This document shows, piece by piece, positions 50,751-64,000 of a stretch of 64,000 nucleotides of DNA (position 1 is its first letter; every line of letters starts with the position of its first letter). The stretch lies in NCBI GenBank assembly GCA_951406725.2, contig OX597815.1, positions 93,806,001-93,870,000 on the forward strand, read 5' to 3'. The translations under genes and the position numbers were made by a program. Source of the DNA: Octopus vulgaris. Lineage: Eukaryota. The notes below the pieces were generated by a model that did not search any database, was not told the DNA's origin, and saw only the letters and a list, made by a program, of their open reading frames with translations.

Positions 50751-51499
50751 AGCATTGTAATTTGCTTGAATCATTGTATATTTGCTGTTTCACTTGTATA
50801 CTCCCTCTACCCTTCTTTTATCCTTTTTTCCTCTAGAATGTCAATTTTGTATTTTCTTTCTTGCTCACCGTATTCCTACAGTCTATAGTTATTGACTTAC
50901 AGTTGTTCAATCTAAATATCAACTCATCATTTTCACTTGTCTCAGAAGGCCTGCAAGTAATATGTGTACAGTTCTTGTTCTCTTATTTAAACCATAAAAA
51001 AAAAATCATTGCAATCTGACACACTTTTAAATCTTTACATGAGTTGAACATGAATGAACCATGGATTAAGGTTGCATCAGTTGTTGTTTTCTACACAGAA
51101 CTGACATATTTTAAAAATTCACCTCTAAAAGATTAGTAGGTGTAAATCAGCTTTAAGACTGTGTAAATGCTCTTAAGTTATTAGTCTATGGAAACAATTC
51201 AATTGTCATTAGAATGAATTACAAAATATCACATCAGCAGTATGTATCATTTGCTTATATTTTTTTCACTTCTTTCAGTATGGACTGCAACCATATTGGA
51301 GTATCAATGTTAAGAATTCATTGAATATAGTGATTTCGGTAATTTTATCTGATACTTATCGTTTTATTAATCTCTTAAGGAGCAACGTTGATGTTGGGTA
51401 CAAAAGGACATCACCAAAGTGTGAAAAAAAATACATAAACACCTCAAAATATTTGTCAGTTCACCGCTGATTCACTCATTGATTTTTTTCACACACACG

Positions 51500-51530
<31 letters not shown>

Positions 51531-51559
51531 TCAAACATACACATATATACATATATATA

Positions 51560-51968
51560 CACACATCAATGGAAATAGTAGTTGTGATACCTGTGCCAGT
51601 GGCACATAAAAAGCACCATCCGGACATGGCCAATGCCAGCACCGCCTCGACTGGATTCTGTGCCAGTGGCACGTAAAAAGCACCATCCGAACGTGGCCGA
51701 TGCCAGCGCCGCCTTGACTGGCTTCCGTGCTGGTGGCATATTAAAAGCACCAACCAATCGTGGCCACTGCCAGACTCCCCTGGCACATAAAAAACACCCA
51801 CTACACTCGCAAAGTGGTTGGTGTTAGGAAGGGCATCCAGCTGTAAAAACACTGCCAGATCAGACTGGAGCCTGGTGCAGCCTCCTGGCTTCCCAGACCC
51901 CGGTCGAACCGTCCAACCCGTGCTAGCGCGGAAAACGGACGTTAAACGATGATGATGATGATGATGAT
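51560..51968 (+). mobile_element. RTE 3'-UTR/SINE-like element (tandem GTGCC-GGT-GGCAC units, core, (GAT)n tail)
   Basis: Colinear with 14075-14414. Similar tail-only copies occur throughout the window. Confidence 0.8.
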
Positions 51969-52672
51969 ACATCATTATCATCATTTAACATTTGCCTTTC
52001 ATGCTGGCATGGGTGGGTGGGTTTGTCAGGAGTTGGCCAGGCAGAAACCGGTGTGATTGCTGATTTTTCAATGATGTTGTTAAGTAGGTTTGAGAGACCA
52101 AATCTGGCCAGTTTGAACATAAAACAGGTAGAAAATTTGGGGCTGGATTTGACCAGTTTAAATGGTAATGGGTTAATGATTTTTATTAAGGATTTTCATG
52201 TTTTTATTAGTCTTTTACATTTTGTTTGAAACATTAAAATTCCTAAATCTATTGACATTCTTAGACCTTCATAAGTCTTATGAATGAAAATAAAACTTTC
52301 ACCAAAATATGGTTTCATGTTAAATCACCAAAAAAGGAATCTGTATTTGAAATAAAAGAATGTAATGTAGTGTGTGCGCGATTTGAATATAGAGGCACCT
52401 ACCTTCTCTTCTTAGTGACGGAGACCCTCCAGTGGTGACTAGTCCTTCCACACAGCCCCGACCCGAACACTAACGATAGCAGCTGCTAGCCCAAACCCTT
52501 AGCAACGTCCTCACACGTCTTGTCACCTGCACGACCCACGTTGGAAAAGGCGCAATTCCCTGCTCCCTGTGCACGCCTGACGGCTGACCCCTTCCGGTTG
52601 CCCCAGCTTCCGGTCAACACACCCGGCTGCTGACGTCCAGCTGCTGACGTCATCCCACACGCCACCCTGATC

Positions 52673-55543
52673 TTAAAGATCACAATCTCTCCGCTCCATG
52701 TTGTAGTCCACCATCCAACCAGGAGAGCGCCTTGCTCGTCGAGATCTTCTCAAGCTGGGCTCCTCGTTCTCCCCCTCTCCAGAATCATCATCCGTCGAAG
52801 CAACAATCCTGCGAAGGTCCAAGACGTGTCGTGGTGTTCCATCTACGGATACGTTGCTTCTGGAATTGATCGCCGTCACCGTTCCTCTGCTCCATTGAGA
52901 CGTACAGCGCGCCTTTGGTGGCTTGACCCAGACTTCCTCCCCTATTTTCACGCGAACGGGTCCCTTCCCTTCCTCATGACCCTCCGGCGCTTTGCTCGGG
53001 TGGCTCCATTCATATTTGAACACAGCTCTCTGCAGCACAGATTCCTCAGCCTGTCCGGATCGGGGAGACAAGTTGTACCAAAAAACTGCTTCAAGCGGCG
53101 AAATGTGCCCTCTTTCCGCTATGGCCTTGACTGTCCGATGGTGCCTCTCCATGATCCTGTTACCACTCGGCCTATACGCTGCTCTGAACAAGCGTCGCAC
53201 ATTCCACCGATCAAGCATAACCCTCAATTCTTCCGAACGAAACGCCGCCCCGTTGTCCATCAGTAGTTCTTCCACGGGACCTCTCTCTAAAAATATCTCG
53301 TTCAGGATCTGCGCGATCTCGTCAGCAATGCCCGATCTCAACTCCTTCCAAATGGCCAGCCGGCCCGGCCTGCAGTCGACCATGGAGAGGTACATTCGCT
53401 GACGGTTGTGTGTCACATCCACAGCTAGCCTTTTCCAGTTCTGCTCCACGGAAAGGCTTCCCTGTTCATGCCCACACGGAGCAGGGTCGATGGACTGACA
53501 CCTGGAGCAGCTCCCGACCACCTTCCGGACGCTTCTCCTAGTGACGTCAGCATGAATTTATTTCACCAGATACAGGGTCCTGTCCACACCCAGGTGATGC
53601 ATAGCATGCAGTTTCTTCAGTTCAGAGTCATCCAACCGACACGCCGCAGCTATCCCTTTCTGGGCCTCCTCTGGTTCTTCCAACCACGCTCTTTTCACCC
53701 TGGTCAGTACGTCCGCCCTGTTTTTCTCCGAAGGCACGAAAACCACGTTCAGCTTCAGTCCGAACTCGGCGTTCAATTCACCTAGAACTCCTAGACGGCG
53801 CTTCACTAACATCTCCGCAGCACCTTTCGTCCGCACTCTCCTGTCACCGGTGATCACCGATCCTACCCAGCCAAGCACAGTGGCCGAATCCGTCTGGATT
53901 TCAATCGTGCGCAGCCCCCATTTCAAGGCCAAGTTCACCCCTTTCAGCAGCGCGTCTAATTCGGCGACATTGATGTGGTTGAAATCATCTGCTTTCCGAA
54001 GCCAGGCCGCATCCTCCACCGCAGTGCCTTCAATTGCCAACACCACCCCTATCGCTATACTGCTAGCATCACACCAGACGGTCCCGCATTTCGTCTTGGG
54101 CACGTACCAGTTCCCCCTGACCGGGTCTTCCGCTCATGTCCTCTCTAGGATTTCCTGCATCATCGCCACCGTCCCTTCTCCCACCTTGTCGCCCCACCTC
54201 TCTCCTTCTGCTCGTCTCTTGGTGTAACTACACGCCGTGCGCAGCCATCCAGCGATCGGGTAGTGACCGACCAACTTCCCACACACCGAGAACAGCTCTC
54301 TCCTGCTGATGCTGGAACTCAGCTCTGGGATTTCATTTCCTCTCCGGAACACCAATTCACCTGATCCATCACTTCGCAGCTTCAGCCCCAGCGCAGCTCC
54401 CCCTTCAATCGACTCCGGTGGCTTAGCAATCAGTCCGAACTTCTCCAGATGTCTAACTACCTCGTCGGCTGGCACTACAGTTTCGTCCACCAAAATGTCG
54501 TCAATGAAGGAGCTGGTGGCCTTTCTAATCTTGCTGTCTTTCCCTAGGATGGACCTAAGCACTGCCGCCATGATCTTCGGAGCGGAATTCAGCCCGAAAC
54601 CCAGCCTGGTTAGACAGTACGTCCGGCCCTTGTACCGCACCAGCTGATATCGCCACAGTTTGTCGCTCACATGGAACTGCAAGTATGCCGATCTCAAGTC
54701 GACAATCGTCGCTGCCTCAGTCGACTGTCTCCACTTACGTAATGCCTCGCCACAAACGTCTGTCGCCTCACCTCCCGTGTGACACGATATGTGCTGGTTT
54801 AGCTCCCTGAAGTCCAGCACCGGTCTGACTTTTCCCTTCGTAGGCTGCACCACCGCCATCAGGAGTAGCACTCCGCCCGCTACCTCCTCCTTCCAAGGGA
54901 CAAGGACCCCTTCCTCGATCCACCTCTCCACCTCATCTTCAAACTCGACCCTGGCGTGGCCTTTCAGAGTATGCTGGTAACAGCTCACCCTGTTCTCCAG
55001 CGTCGGGGGCTTGTCCTTCCATCGCCACTCTATCGTCCACCGCTGATCATCGAACGCCGCCTGAAAGTCTTTGTCCTTGATGGTGTAAGTGGCGCAGTCC
55101 CTCGCGGGGCTCTGCTCTCTCTGGCGATCCTGACTCGCAGTGCACGACCCCCCCACGCTTCCGAACGTGACCTCATTTCCCACAACACTGACGCCACCGA
55201 GGCAGTTGATGGCGTCCATCCCCATCACGACATCAACTCCATCTATCACGCATTCGGCCACAATTGCCTGCAGCCTTAGCGTCACGCCGCGCACCACTGT
55301 CTCTACCTTGCTGCTACCTCTGCAACAGATTTCGCTGCCGTCGACCGCCCGGACACTACTCACCCCGTTCCATTCCTTCATCACCCTCGAAGTCACCAGG
55401 GTGGTCGTACAGCCCGTATCCACAAGGGCCTTGAACGTCTCCCCTTCGGCCTCCACGTCAATCAATGGCAGCATCTCCAATAGTGCCTCTACTCGTTTGC
55501 GGGGAAAGTTCGAGAGGCAGCAACTTCTCCACGGTCGTTTCCC
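52673..55543 (-). pseudogene. pol: pol of family A copy 2 (single frame, two premature stops)
   Basis: In-frame ORFs 54134-55552 (PR, RT FIDD), 53558-54103 (RNase H WCDAS, INVAELDA, QTDS) and 52673-53521 (integrase). Slippery site GGGAAAC at 55537-55543. Confidence 0.93.
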
Positions 55544-56253
55544 TGGTCGCAATCACGGGCAATGTGCCCTGTCTGCCTGCATCGATAGCAAACGAGCCCC
55601 GGCTGCATACAGTCCCACGCCATGTGCGGTCCCTGGCATCTAAAACACCGTCCTGAGAATGGCCGCTCTCGTTGCACGGTAAGCTTCTGTACCTCTTTCT
55701 CGGGACGTCGTCCGTCTTTACACGCCTCCGTCACCGCCATCGCTATCGCCTTCCACCCAGAGTGTCTCGTCAACACGCAAGCCTGAGCCACAAGTTCGCT
55801 CAGCGGCATCTTTTTAATCCCGGGCAGTCGTTGTAGGTGAATCCCTACATCGTTGGGGAAACCATTGACAAACGCCAGCCGGGCTGCTCTCTCCAGCCCT
55901 TCTCCCGCAAACCCAGCCAGAGTCGCTAGCCTTCTAATTTCTGATGCAAAGTCATCCACTTGGCCTCCCGTCCACCTAACTGCACCTAGCTTAGCAAAAG
56001 CTGTGTACTCGCATTCCGTGTAGGCATCACGCAAGAGTCGCTCTATATTCTCCTCGCTGAGCCGTTCCTCTTCATCCATCTCTAGGTATAGCGTTAACGC
56101 GCTCCCTTCTAAATACAGCGCCATAAGACTCGCCACGTCGCTTATGCCCTGCAGTCTTGCCACCAGCCTGATTTTGCGAATCCAGGCCACTACATCGCCT
56201 TCGCTATTAAAAGGTCTGACGACGTCACTGGCGATCCTAATTTTTGCAGACAT
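55489..56253 (-). CDS. gag: gag of family A copy 2 (intact ORF, 254 aa)
   Basis: ATG to TAG with two C-terminal zinc knuckles. Confidence 0.9.
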   Translation of the reverse strand: MSAKIRIASDVVRPFNSEGDVVAWIRKIRLVARLQGISDVASLMALYLEGSALTLYLEMDEEERLSEENIERLLRDAYTECEYTAFAKLGAVRWTGGQVDDFASEIRRLATLAGFAGEGLERAARLAFVNGFPNDVGIHLQRLPGIKKMPLSELVAQACVLTRHSGWKAIAMAVTEACKDGRRPEKEVQKLTVQRERPFSGRCFRCQGPHMAWDCMQPGLVCYRCRQTGHIARDCDQGNDRGEVAASRTFPANE

Positions 56254-56285
56254 CGTGTTGAAAAAAATGTAAATGTTTAAGAACG

Positions 56286-56297
56286 GCCGAAATAGCT
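56286..56297 (-). promoter_or_regulatory. Atypical PBS (complement of tRNA-Phe 5' end), copy 2
   Basis: The + strand reads GCCGAAATAGCT immediately before the LTR (TGTAGTG...). Confidence 0.7.
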
Positions 56298-56746
56298 TGT
56301 AGTGTGTGCGCGATTTGAATATAGAGGCACCTACCTTCTCTTCTTAGTGACGGAGACCCTCCAGTGGTGACTAGTCCTTCCACACAGCCCCGACCCGAAC
56401 ACTAACGATAGCAGCTGCTAGCCCAAACCCTTAGCGACGTCCTCACACGTCTTGTCACCTGCACGACCCACATTGGAAAAGGCGCAATTCCCCACTCCCT
56501 GCGCACGCCTGACGGCTGACCCCTTCCGGTTGCCCTAGCTTCCGGTCAACGCACCCGGCTGCTGATGTCCAGCTGCTGACGTCATCCCACATGTAATATA
56601 GTAAAATTAATATAATATTGATAAGTATACATATGATAGTGGTTGTCTAATATGCATGCAATATAAAAATGACAGCTGACCAATTGATAGGTTGATAGAT
56701 AGATGGGGAGAGAGGGAGAGTGTGTATGTGTTTGTGTACACATATA

Positions 56747-57992
56747 CAGGGGTTGGACAAAATAATGGAAACACCTTAAAATTTCAAATAAATTTATTTT
56801 AATATGAGGCAGGACCACCTTTGGCAGTAATTACAGCTTGAATTCTATGAAGTATGGATTCGTACAAAGTTTGAATTGTTTCCAAAAGAATTTTTGTCCA
56901 TTCTTCAGCTAAAACAGTTTCCAGTTCTTATAGTGATGATGGTGGAGAATATCAACTCCTTACTTGGTTTTCTAAAATGCACCATAAATATTCCATAATA
57001 TTGAGATCTGGGGACTGTGGTGGCCAACTTCACTAGAATGTTCCGCGTGCCATTCAGTAACAACTTTAGCTGTGTGAATTGGTGCATTATCATCTTGAAA
57101 GGTTGCATTTCCCTCCGGAAACAGTTCCGCAACCATAGGATGAATTTGACCAGATAAAATGCTTAGTCTTGACTATTAATTCTGCCATGAAGGGAAACCA
57201 TTGGGCTGGCGGATTTCCAAGATATAGTGCCCCCCCCCCCCCCCGATCATCACAGATCCTCATCCATGTTTAACAGTTGGAAGAAAGCAGTCTGGGTCGA
57301 ATGCTTCTTTTGGCTGTCTCCACATGTATACTTGGCTGGTAGTTGGAAATAGGGTAAAGGATGACTTGTCCAAGAAAATAACATTTTTCCACTGCTCTAG
57401 GAACCAATTCTGTAAGTTTTTACTCCACTCTAAACGCTTTGCAATGTTTGTTTTTGAAAGTAGTGGTTTTCTGATTGCAGCCCTCCTGTGAAATCCAGCT
57501 TTGTGCAGCTCCCAGTGAACAGTTTTTGTTGAAACTGGGTTCTCAAGGTGGTCATTACGCTCTGCAGTAATTTTGGGAGCTGTACTTTTGTGATCCTTTC
57601 TAACAATTCACATAAGAGTCCAATGGTCCCTATCTGAAAGTTTTGGTTTTCTTCCGGAGTTTTGCTTCAACGAGGAGGTTTCACTCTCTTTCTCAAAGGC
57701 TGTCATTACTTTTGAGATGGTACTTCTTGATACACCAAACATTTTTGCGCCATATGAGCACCAACAATTTGACCTCTTTGAAAATCCGATAGATCTGTCA
57801 TTTTAATGAATTTTAATTACCTTTTTCTAATGATATCTGAAAAGAAACAGCAATTTAAGCAAAACATATTTAGCAACACCAATAATGAATAAAAAAAAAC
57901 ATAGAAATAAACAAGCTTTTGACAGTTTTATAGATATTTCAAAATTTTGATGCTATGATGCTAGATGTTTCCATTATTTTGTCCAAGCCCTG
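56747..57992 (-). mobile_element. Tc1-family DNA transposon with decayed transposase
   Basis: TA-flanked TIRs CAGGGGTTGGACAAAATAATGGAAACA. Transposase starts MTDLSDFQRGQIVGA at 57801; FQDDNAPIH and WPPQSPDLNIME motifs; frameshifts. Confidence 0.92.
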
Positions 57993-60900
57993 TATCTACA
58001 AATGAAAATATGCAAAAATAGGATCAGTAAAGAAGAGTGACAAAAATTTAATGTTCAATGCTTGAATTCTGCTAAACTGAATATTCAGTAGAAAAGATTA
58101 ATTCTGATGTTACACAAAACATAGTAGCTATAATGGATATATTACAATATTGTTGTTTAAGTGGTACCACAGTGTGTTGTATCACATCATGCCTAAGGGA
58201 CATTTTTATGATAGAAAGTGGTCTATCTCCACATAATGATAATCAAACAAAATTTATGCCAAATATTTCATTAATGATCATATCCTTTGCTGTGATAAAA
58301 AAAATTGTTAGGGGATTAATAAAATATACTTTGTATAACATCATCATCATCCTTTAACATCCATTTTCCATGCTGGCACGAGCTGGACAGTTTGACCAGA
58401 GCTAGCAAGCAGGAGAGTTGCATCAGGTTCCAGTCTGATTTGGCTTTGTTTCTACAGCTGGATGCCCTTCCTGACACCAACTACTTTACAGTGCATACTG
58501 GATGCTTTTAACATGGCACTGGCATGAGCAATTTTTACGTGATGCCCCCATGAGTGCTTTTTACGTGGCATTGGCACAGGGCTCTTGCAGGTCAATCCTC
58601 TTCATCAGGAGGAGTGGCATTAACATTTCTGCTGTGGAAGACAGTTCTTATTTACCTTTAAATTCTTTAATGATATACCACAAATAAATCATTTGCCTTT
58701 TGTTTTTCACCACTTTCTAGCAAATATGATGAAGGTTTGATTGAAATATCTGACTGCAAATAACTCACTTTTTAAGAATGTGTTTGCATGTATGCTCATG
58801 CCACTTGATCCACACAATTTTCTTGATGATTCGTTATAAGATAGTAGTAACCAATGGCATTTTGATTCTCATATGCTTACCATTCAGTTGAATGAATTCC
58901 TGAATCAGTTTTGCATACCAGCATAGTGATGGTGGGGTGTGAAAGTGTTTCTGTCATGCTCATAAAAATACTTCAATAGAGCATTGTTTGAAATCAAAAA
59001 CCTAAGACCCATCAGTTCTAGATCCATCATTCCTCCTGTTTTGTACAAATGTGCCATTAACTTTAGGCAGAGGAACCTGGTCAATATTTTCTATTCTTGC
59101 TGAAGGATATTTTTATTGACCAGAAAATCTTGCTCTATTTTTTTATTTTTTTGAATAGAGTAAACATCTGTATCAATCATCTTACCTCATTTATATATGA
59201 TCAGAAACAAGGATTCCACACACTTCTCAGCACATATTATACAAGTCAGTTACTTGTATAATATGTATAATAATATATCAATATTAATACACTTTCCCTT
59301 TACAATCATTTGCACGTTGATGGGTATTTCAATGACAATAAAGAGCACCAGCTCTAAAATTTCATACAAATTCAGATTGTAGTGTGATTTTTGTTGATGT
59401 CTATATAGTGGAAGAATGCATTTCTCTTCTCAACAGAATGTGAAGTTTGGTTTCCTTTATGAGTATAGTGAAATAAAGAACTATAATCACCCCATATCTC
59501 ATTTTAGAAGGACGTTATTTTTGGTTCTTGTTGATCACTCTTTATATGATCAAGTTCGGTGAGAGCTTTTACTAATCCACTTTAGTAACTGTCTCAGCTG
59601 AAGTTGATAGACTGTGCAATTACAGTACCATAGGCTACAGACACTACACTAGGCCACATTATATAATAGCATTGTTGTTTATACATTACATGTGTATGAA
59701 GAGCAATTTTTCATTTAACTATCTATTATTAAAAACACACTTGTGCTTAACTTTCATCCTTTTTATTAAAGATTTTCATATTGTTATATGAATTTTATAT
59801 TTTGTTTGGAATATTAATGTTCCTGAGTCTATTAACATTTTTAGATCCTTACAATCTTATCTTCTGCATGACGTTGGTGTTTAAACCTGAGTCAGCTCTA
59901 ATTAAGCAGACTAATGACCAAAGATTGTCTAGCTGTGACCATCATGTCTTTTCTCAGAGTACCTTGGACATTGCTATCCAATTTGTCCTATTTTTTTAAA
60001 AAAGATGTAGGATGAAATTTGAGACTGAGTGGCAACTATTTCTAACAAATTGAGTAACCACATTGACTAATTTGGATGAAGTCATTGTTGATCAAGCAGA
60101 CCTATGGTATCAAGCTGTGACTGTTCCATCTTTTTAGACAGCTAGGACTACACTAGCTAGTGAATCCTTCTTTTAAGATAGCAGGTGGTAGTTTTAAAGA
60201 GATTTGGCTGCTATTTCTACCAGTTCAAGTAAGCATGCAAAAGCTCCAATGCTGGCTTGTCTGGATGGTGTATCTGATAGTGTCATTATCAATGGGTTTG
60301 AACTTTTGACTTTTGACTCAAGCTTTCTTTCACTAGCCATGGACTAATCTCAGTTAGTTAGAAGGATGTGTTATCATACTGTTCAATTTTGCTTTGATTT
60401 GTACAATTACTATTGCTTTTATGATTAAGCTTCTATTTTTTGTGTATTTATTATTAGTATTTATTTTTTGTATGCGTGAAAAATTCTATATCCAGTGGTT
60501 GTGTTATCAACTGTTTCAATAATTGGTTTAGTCTTATGCTATGTGATTATAATGTGTTGTATAATTATATTTTATCTGACATCTGTTACTGTGTTAGCAT
60601 ATATCAAATGAAATGTTGTGGTCAATGTATGGTGAGCCAATGAAATGAATATCCTACTTGTATTCCCAATTCAACTGCTGAAGTCATGAAGTTTATAACT
60701 TTCATTTAGATACAAATTTGTTGATAACAAGGATAAGCTGAACAAAAAGTCCACAAAGTTGAATAAGTTAGTGTCCATGAGGAGCAGAGTAAAATCTAAT
60801 GTTTCAGACAGGGTCCTTCATTTATTTAATGGATTCCATCTGAAATGTCTATCTTATTCCATTCTTCACAACAAACAAATCTGACTTTGTTAACTTTTTA

Positions 60901-61069
60901 TACTTACTATAAAGCTATATCAAGTTAAAACCAGTCCCGTCACAAGCTGATGGAAACCTGCCAGAGATACCATGTGATATAGTGCTACCTGCTCATGGTT
61001 GAGTGATTGGTCATTAAACTGGTCCCTTACTCAGTTTGTCCAGTGGAGAGGTTGTGTGGGTGTTGAGCA

Positions 61070-62538
61070 GGATTGCTCTAACTGCCGAGTCACTATCATA
61101 CCTAGAGGAAAAGTTTCTGGTGTGGAAGCACAGATTAGAATCGAAGGGCCTTAGAGTCAACCTAGCTAAAACCAAAGTCTTAATGAGTAGGAAAGCAGAC
61201 AAACCACAAATCCCTTCAGGTAGATGGCCCTGCTTGATCTGTAAAAAAGGCATAGGTAGAAACTCCATAAGATGGACACATAAGAGGTGCAACAATATCA
61301 AAGGAAGGCTAACTGGGAAGATAGTTTTGGTATGTGGCAGATGCTCAGGAGCAATAAACACTGGAAATGTGCAGAGAACAGCTTCTGTCACATTCCAGGG
61401 AGAAAAACTATAAGTAGTTGATAGTTTCAGTTACCTAGGGAACCAAGTCAGTTGCGGGGTTGGATGCTCTGAAAGTGTAGCTGCTAGAATAAGAATAGCC
61501 TGGGCAAAGTTCAGAGAGTTCCTACCTCTGCTGATGACACAGGTCCTCTCGCTCAGAGTAAAAGGTAGACTGTATGACGCATGTATATGAACAGCCATGC
61601 TACATGGCATTGAAACATGGGCCATGACTGCTGAGGACATGCGTAAGCTTGCAAGGGATGAAACCAGTATGCTCCACTGGATGTGTAAAGTCAGTGTGCA
61701 TACACGACAGAGTGTAAGCACCCTGCAAGAAAAGTTGGATTTAAGAAGCATCAGACGTGATGTGCAAGAGAGACGACTGTGTTGGTATGGTCATGTGTTG
61801 TGAATGAATGAGGACAACTGTGTGAAAAAGTGTCACACCCTAGCAGTTGAAGGAACCTGTGGAAGAGGTAGACCCAGGAAGACCTGGGATGAGGTGGTGA
61901 AGCATGACCTTCAAACATTGGGCCTTACTGAGGCAATGACTAGTGACTGAGACCTTTGGAGATGTTCTGTGCTTGAGAAGACCTGGCAAGCCAAGTGAGA
62001 CCATAACCCATGGCCTATGCCAGTGGGTATAACCAGCCCACTTATAAGTGCCCCTCATTCATTGGACAATAAACTTTGCTTGTGAAGACCTGTTGAGGCA
62101 AGTGAAATCAAAATCAAAATTGCTGATGCAGCCAATGACAGTACCGCCTGATTGGCACTTGTGCCAGTGGAACGTTAAAAGCACCATCTGAACGTGATTG
62201 TTGCAAGTGTTGCATATGCCGGTGGCACATGAAAAGACAACATTCGAGTGTGGTCGTTGCCAGTGCTGCCAGACTGGCTCCCATGCAGATAACACGTAAA
62301 AAACACCTTTTGAGCATGGTCGTTGCCAGAACAGCCTGACTGCTCCTTGTGCCGGTGGTACATAAAAGCACGAACTACACTCTCAGAGTGGTTGACATTG
62401 GGAAGGGCATCCGGCTGTAGAAACTTTGCCAGATCAGATTGGAGCCTAGTGCAGCCTTCTGGCTCGTCATTCCTCAGTCAAACCGTCCAACCCATGCCAG
62501 CATGGAAAGTGAACGTTAAACAATGATGATGATGATGA
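61070..62538 (+). mobile_element. 5'-truncated RTE-clade LINE
   Basis: LESKGLRVNLAKTKVL, a Cys-rich insert, VVDSFSYLG, HGIETW and RGRPRKTW; 3' UTR and (GAT)n tail. Confidence 0.9.
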
Positions 62539-64000
62539 ATTCAAAGGAAGATAAACTCCTTGAATACCAATACCAACCATATCCTGGAGAAGAGGTAGGC
62601 ACTACCAGAATTATCAAACCCAATTAAGCACTTGAGTGAAAGTTATACCAATATTTAATTCTATGTCAGATTGGTTGAAAGTCCAAGACTGAAAAGGGCA
62701 GAAAAGATTGGTTGAGAAATTCAGGTGCCTCACTGACAGAAATGCTGCAGAATCAAATAGACTATATAATGGCACAAACATTCCCTTAGATTCTACTTGT
62801 TTGATTCCATAATCTGAAACATGTTTAGCAGCTTGTTAGTTAGTAGTTTGATATCATCAGCATTTCTTTGTTAAGGGTGTTTCCAAGTTTTCTAAAATCT
62901 AGGAGCCATTTGCTTGAGAGTTTGACTAGTTTGGAGAAAGAATTGTGAGTTTAGTCCCCACAGTGTTTGATTTTCAAAGTCCCAGAATCTTTGGCACAAC
63001 TGTTTTTAAATGATAGTGGGCAAGGTCTGTCTGTCTGCAGATAGATTCCAGTGCCATAGTCTGTCATGTTCCACTTTGAAACCTTCTCTGTATATGGCAT
63101 GATCATCTGTAGGTGGAATTTGAACTCAGAGTTGGAACAGTTACTACAAGGCATCTCAGCCAACACTCTAAAATTTCAATGAACCATTCTCCTGAACTGC
63201 TACTTTATTTATTGACCCCCTTAAAGAATGAAAAGCAGAATGTACCTCAGTGAAATTTGAGCCTAGAATGCAGAGCAGAAACAAATATGCTCTTGTAACT
63301 CTATCAGTTCACCACCATATATGGTATAAATGTTTGCAAAATATCACAAATATAATCTAAGATTTACAAAAATAGTCAGCAAACATTGAATATCTTAGAT
63401 ACATTTGTTTGGTCTTTGTTACATATCTACATAAATTTATGTCAAATGGCTGACTATATCAAATATGATTGCACTTGCTTTATTATTAAATACGAAAAGT
63501 TTGCTTTGTAAATATCCTGGAAGCAAAATGGTGGATTAATTAGTGTTCTAGCAATCCTTTTGTTAAATTAAAAAACACAAATAAATATTTAAATGAATGC
63601 TTTCTATGTTAATCTATTTACTATTCTTCTCAACACCTGTGTGTCAGTATCCCATATGCCAGTTATTCATGTATCAATGCCATATATGCCAGTGAGCTAC
63701 AATAAGTCAATTTATGATTATTATCTTGTATTAGCTTATATGTCAGACAGGCACAACATGCTCAAATTGAATTTTAAAAAAATTTAAAGCACATGATCAG
63801 GAATTTATATCTGGTGAGCTTTGAGCTTGAATCTGATGTCTAAGAGCTCTCTCTCTCCCTCTCTCTTTCTCTCTCTTTCATGGGTCAGATACGATTGGTC
63901 CAGGACTCATGCTTGGCTTCAATTGTGTTTTTTTACTTTTTGCCCTGTCTGTCACTGTTATGTTGTAAAATATTGGTGGAATTGGTAAAATGTTTGTAGC

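Larger units (their letters stand above)
52366..56591 (-). mobile_element. Ty3/Gypsy LTR retrotransposon, family A copy 2 (full-length, 4226 bp)
   Basis: 294-bp LTRs at 52366-52659 and 56298-56591. 5-bp TSD TGTAA. Domain order gag-PR-RT-RNaseH-IN. Same family as 8135-11931. Confidence 0.97.

Overview
AT-rich, microsatellite- and transposon-dense animal genomic DNA. The repeat families look cephalopod/octopus-like, but that is inference. The only host gene I recognise is ALKBH3: its last two coding exons lie at 465-563 and 2557-2631 (+). A possible promoter and first coding exon of another gene lie near 35.7-36.6 kb. The rest is mobile DNA. It includes two independent, oppositely oriented insertions of one compact (~4.2 kb) Ty3/Gypsy family (8135-11931 +, 52366-56591 -; 294-bp LTRs, 5-bp TSDs) and a CsRn1-like Gypsy element (26019-31195 -). 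There are also RTE and CR1 LINE remnants, Penelope remnants with hammerhead-ribozyme motifs, Tc1/mariner/Tigger fossils, two mini-Helitrons, nested MITEs and SINEs. The most unusual signal is in the compact Gypsy family. It lacks the canonical TGG primer-binding site. In both copies the 12 nt abutting the 5' LTR (AGCTATTTCGGC) are instead the exact complement of the 5' end of metazoan tRNA-Phe(GAA), which suggests a non-canonical way of priming reverse transcription. The same family carries a GGGAAAC slippery site plus a predicted pseudoknot for -1 frameshifting. All coordinates and alignments were made by eye.
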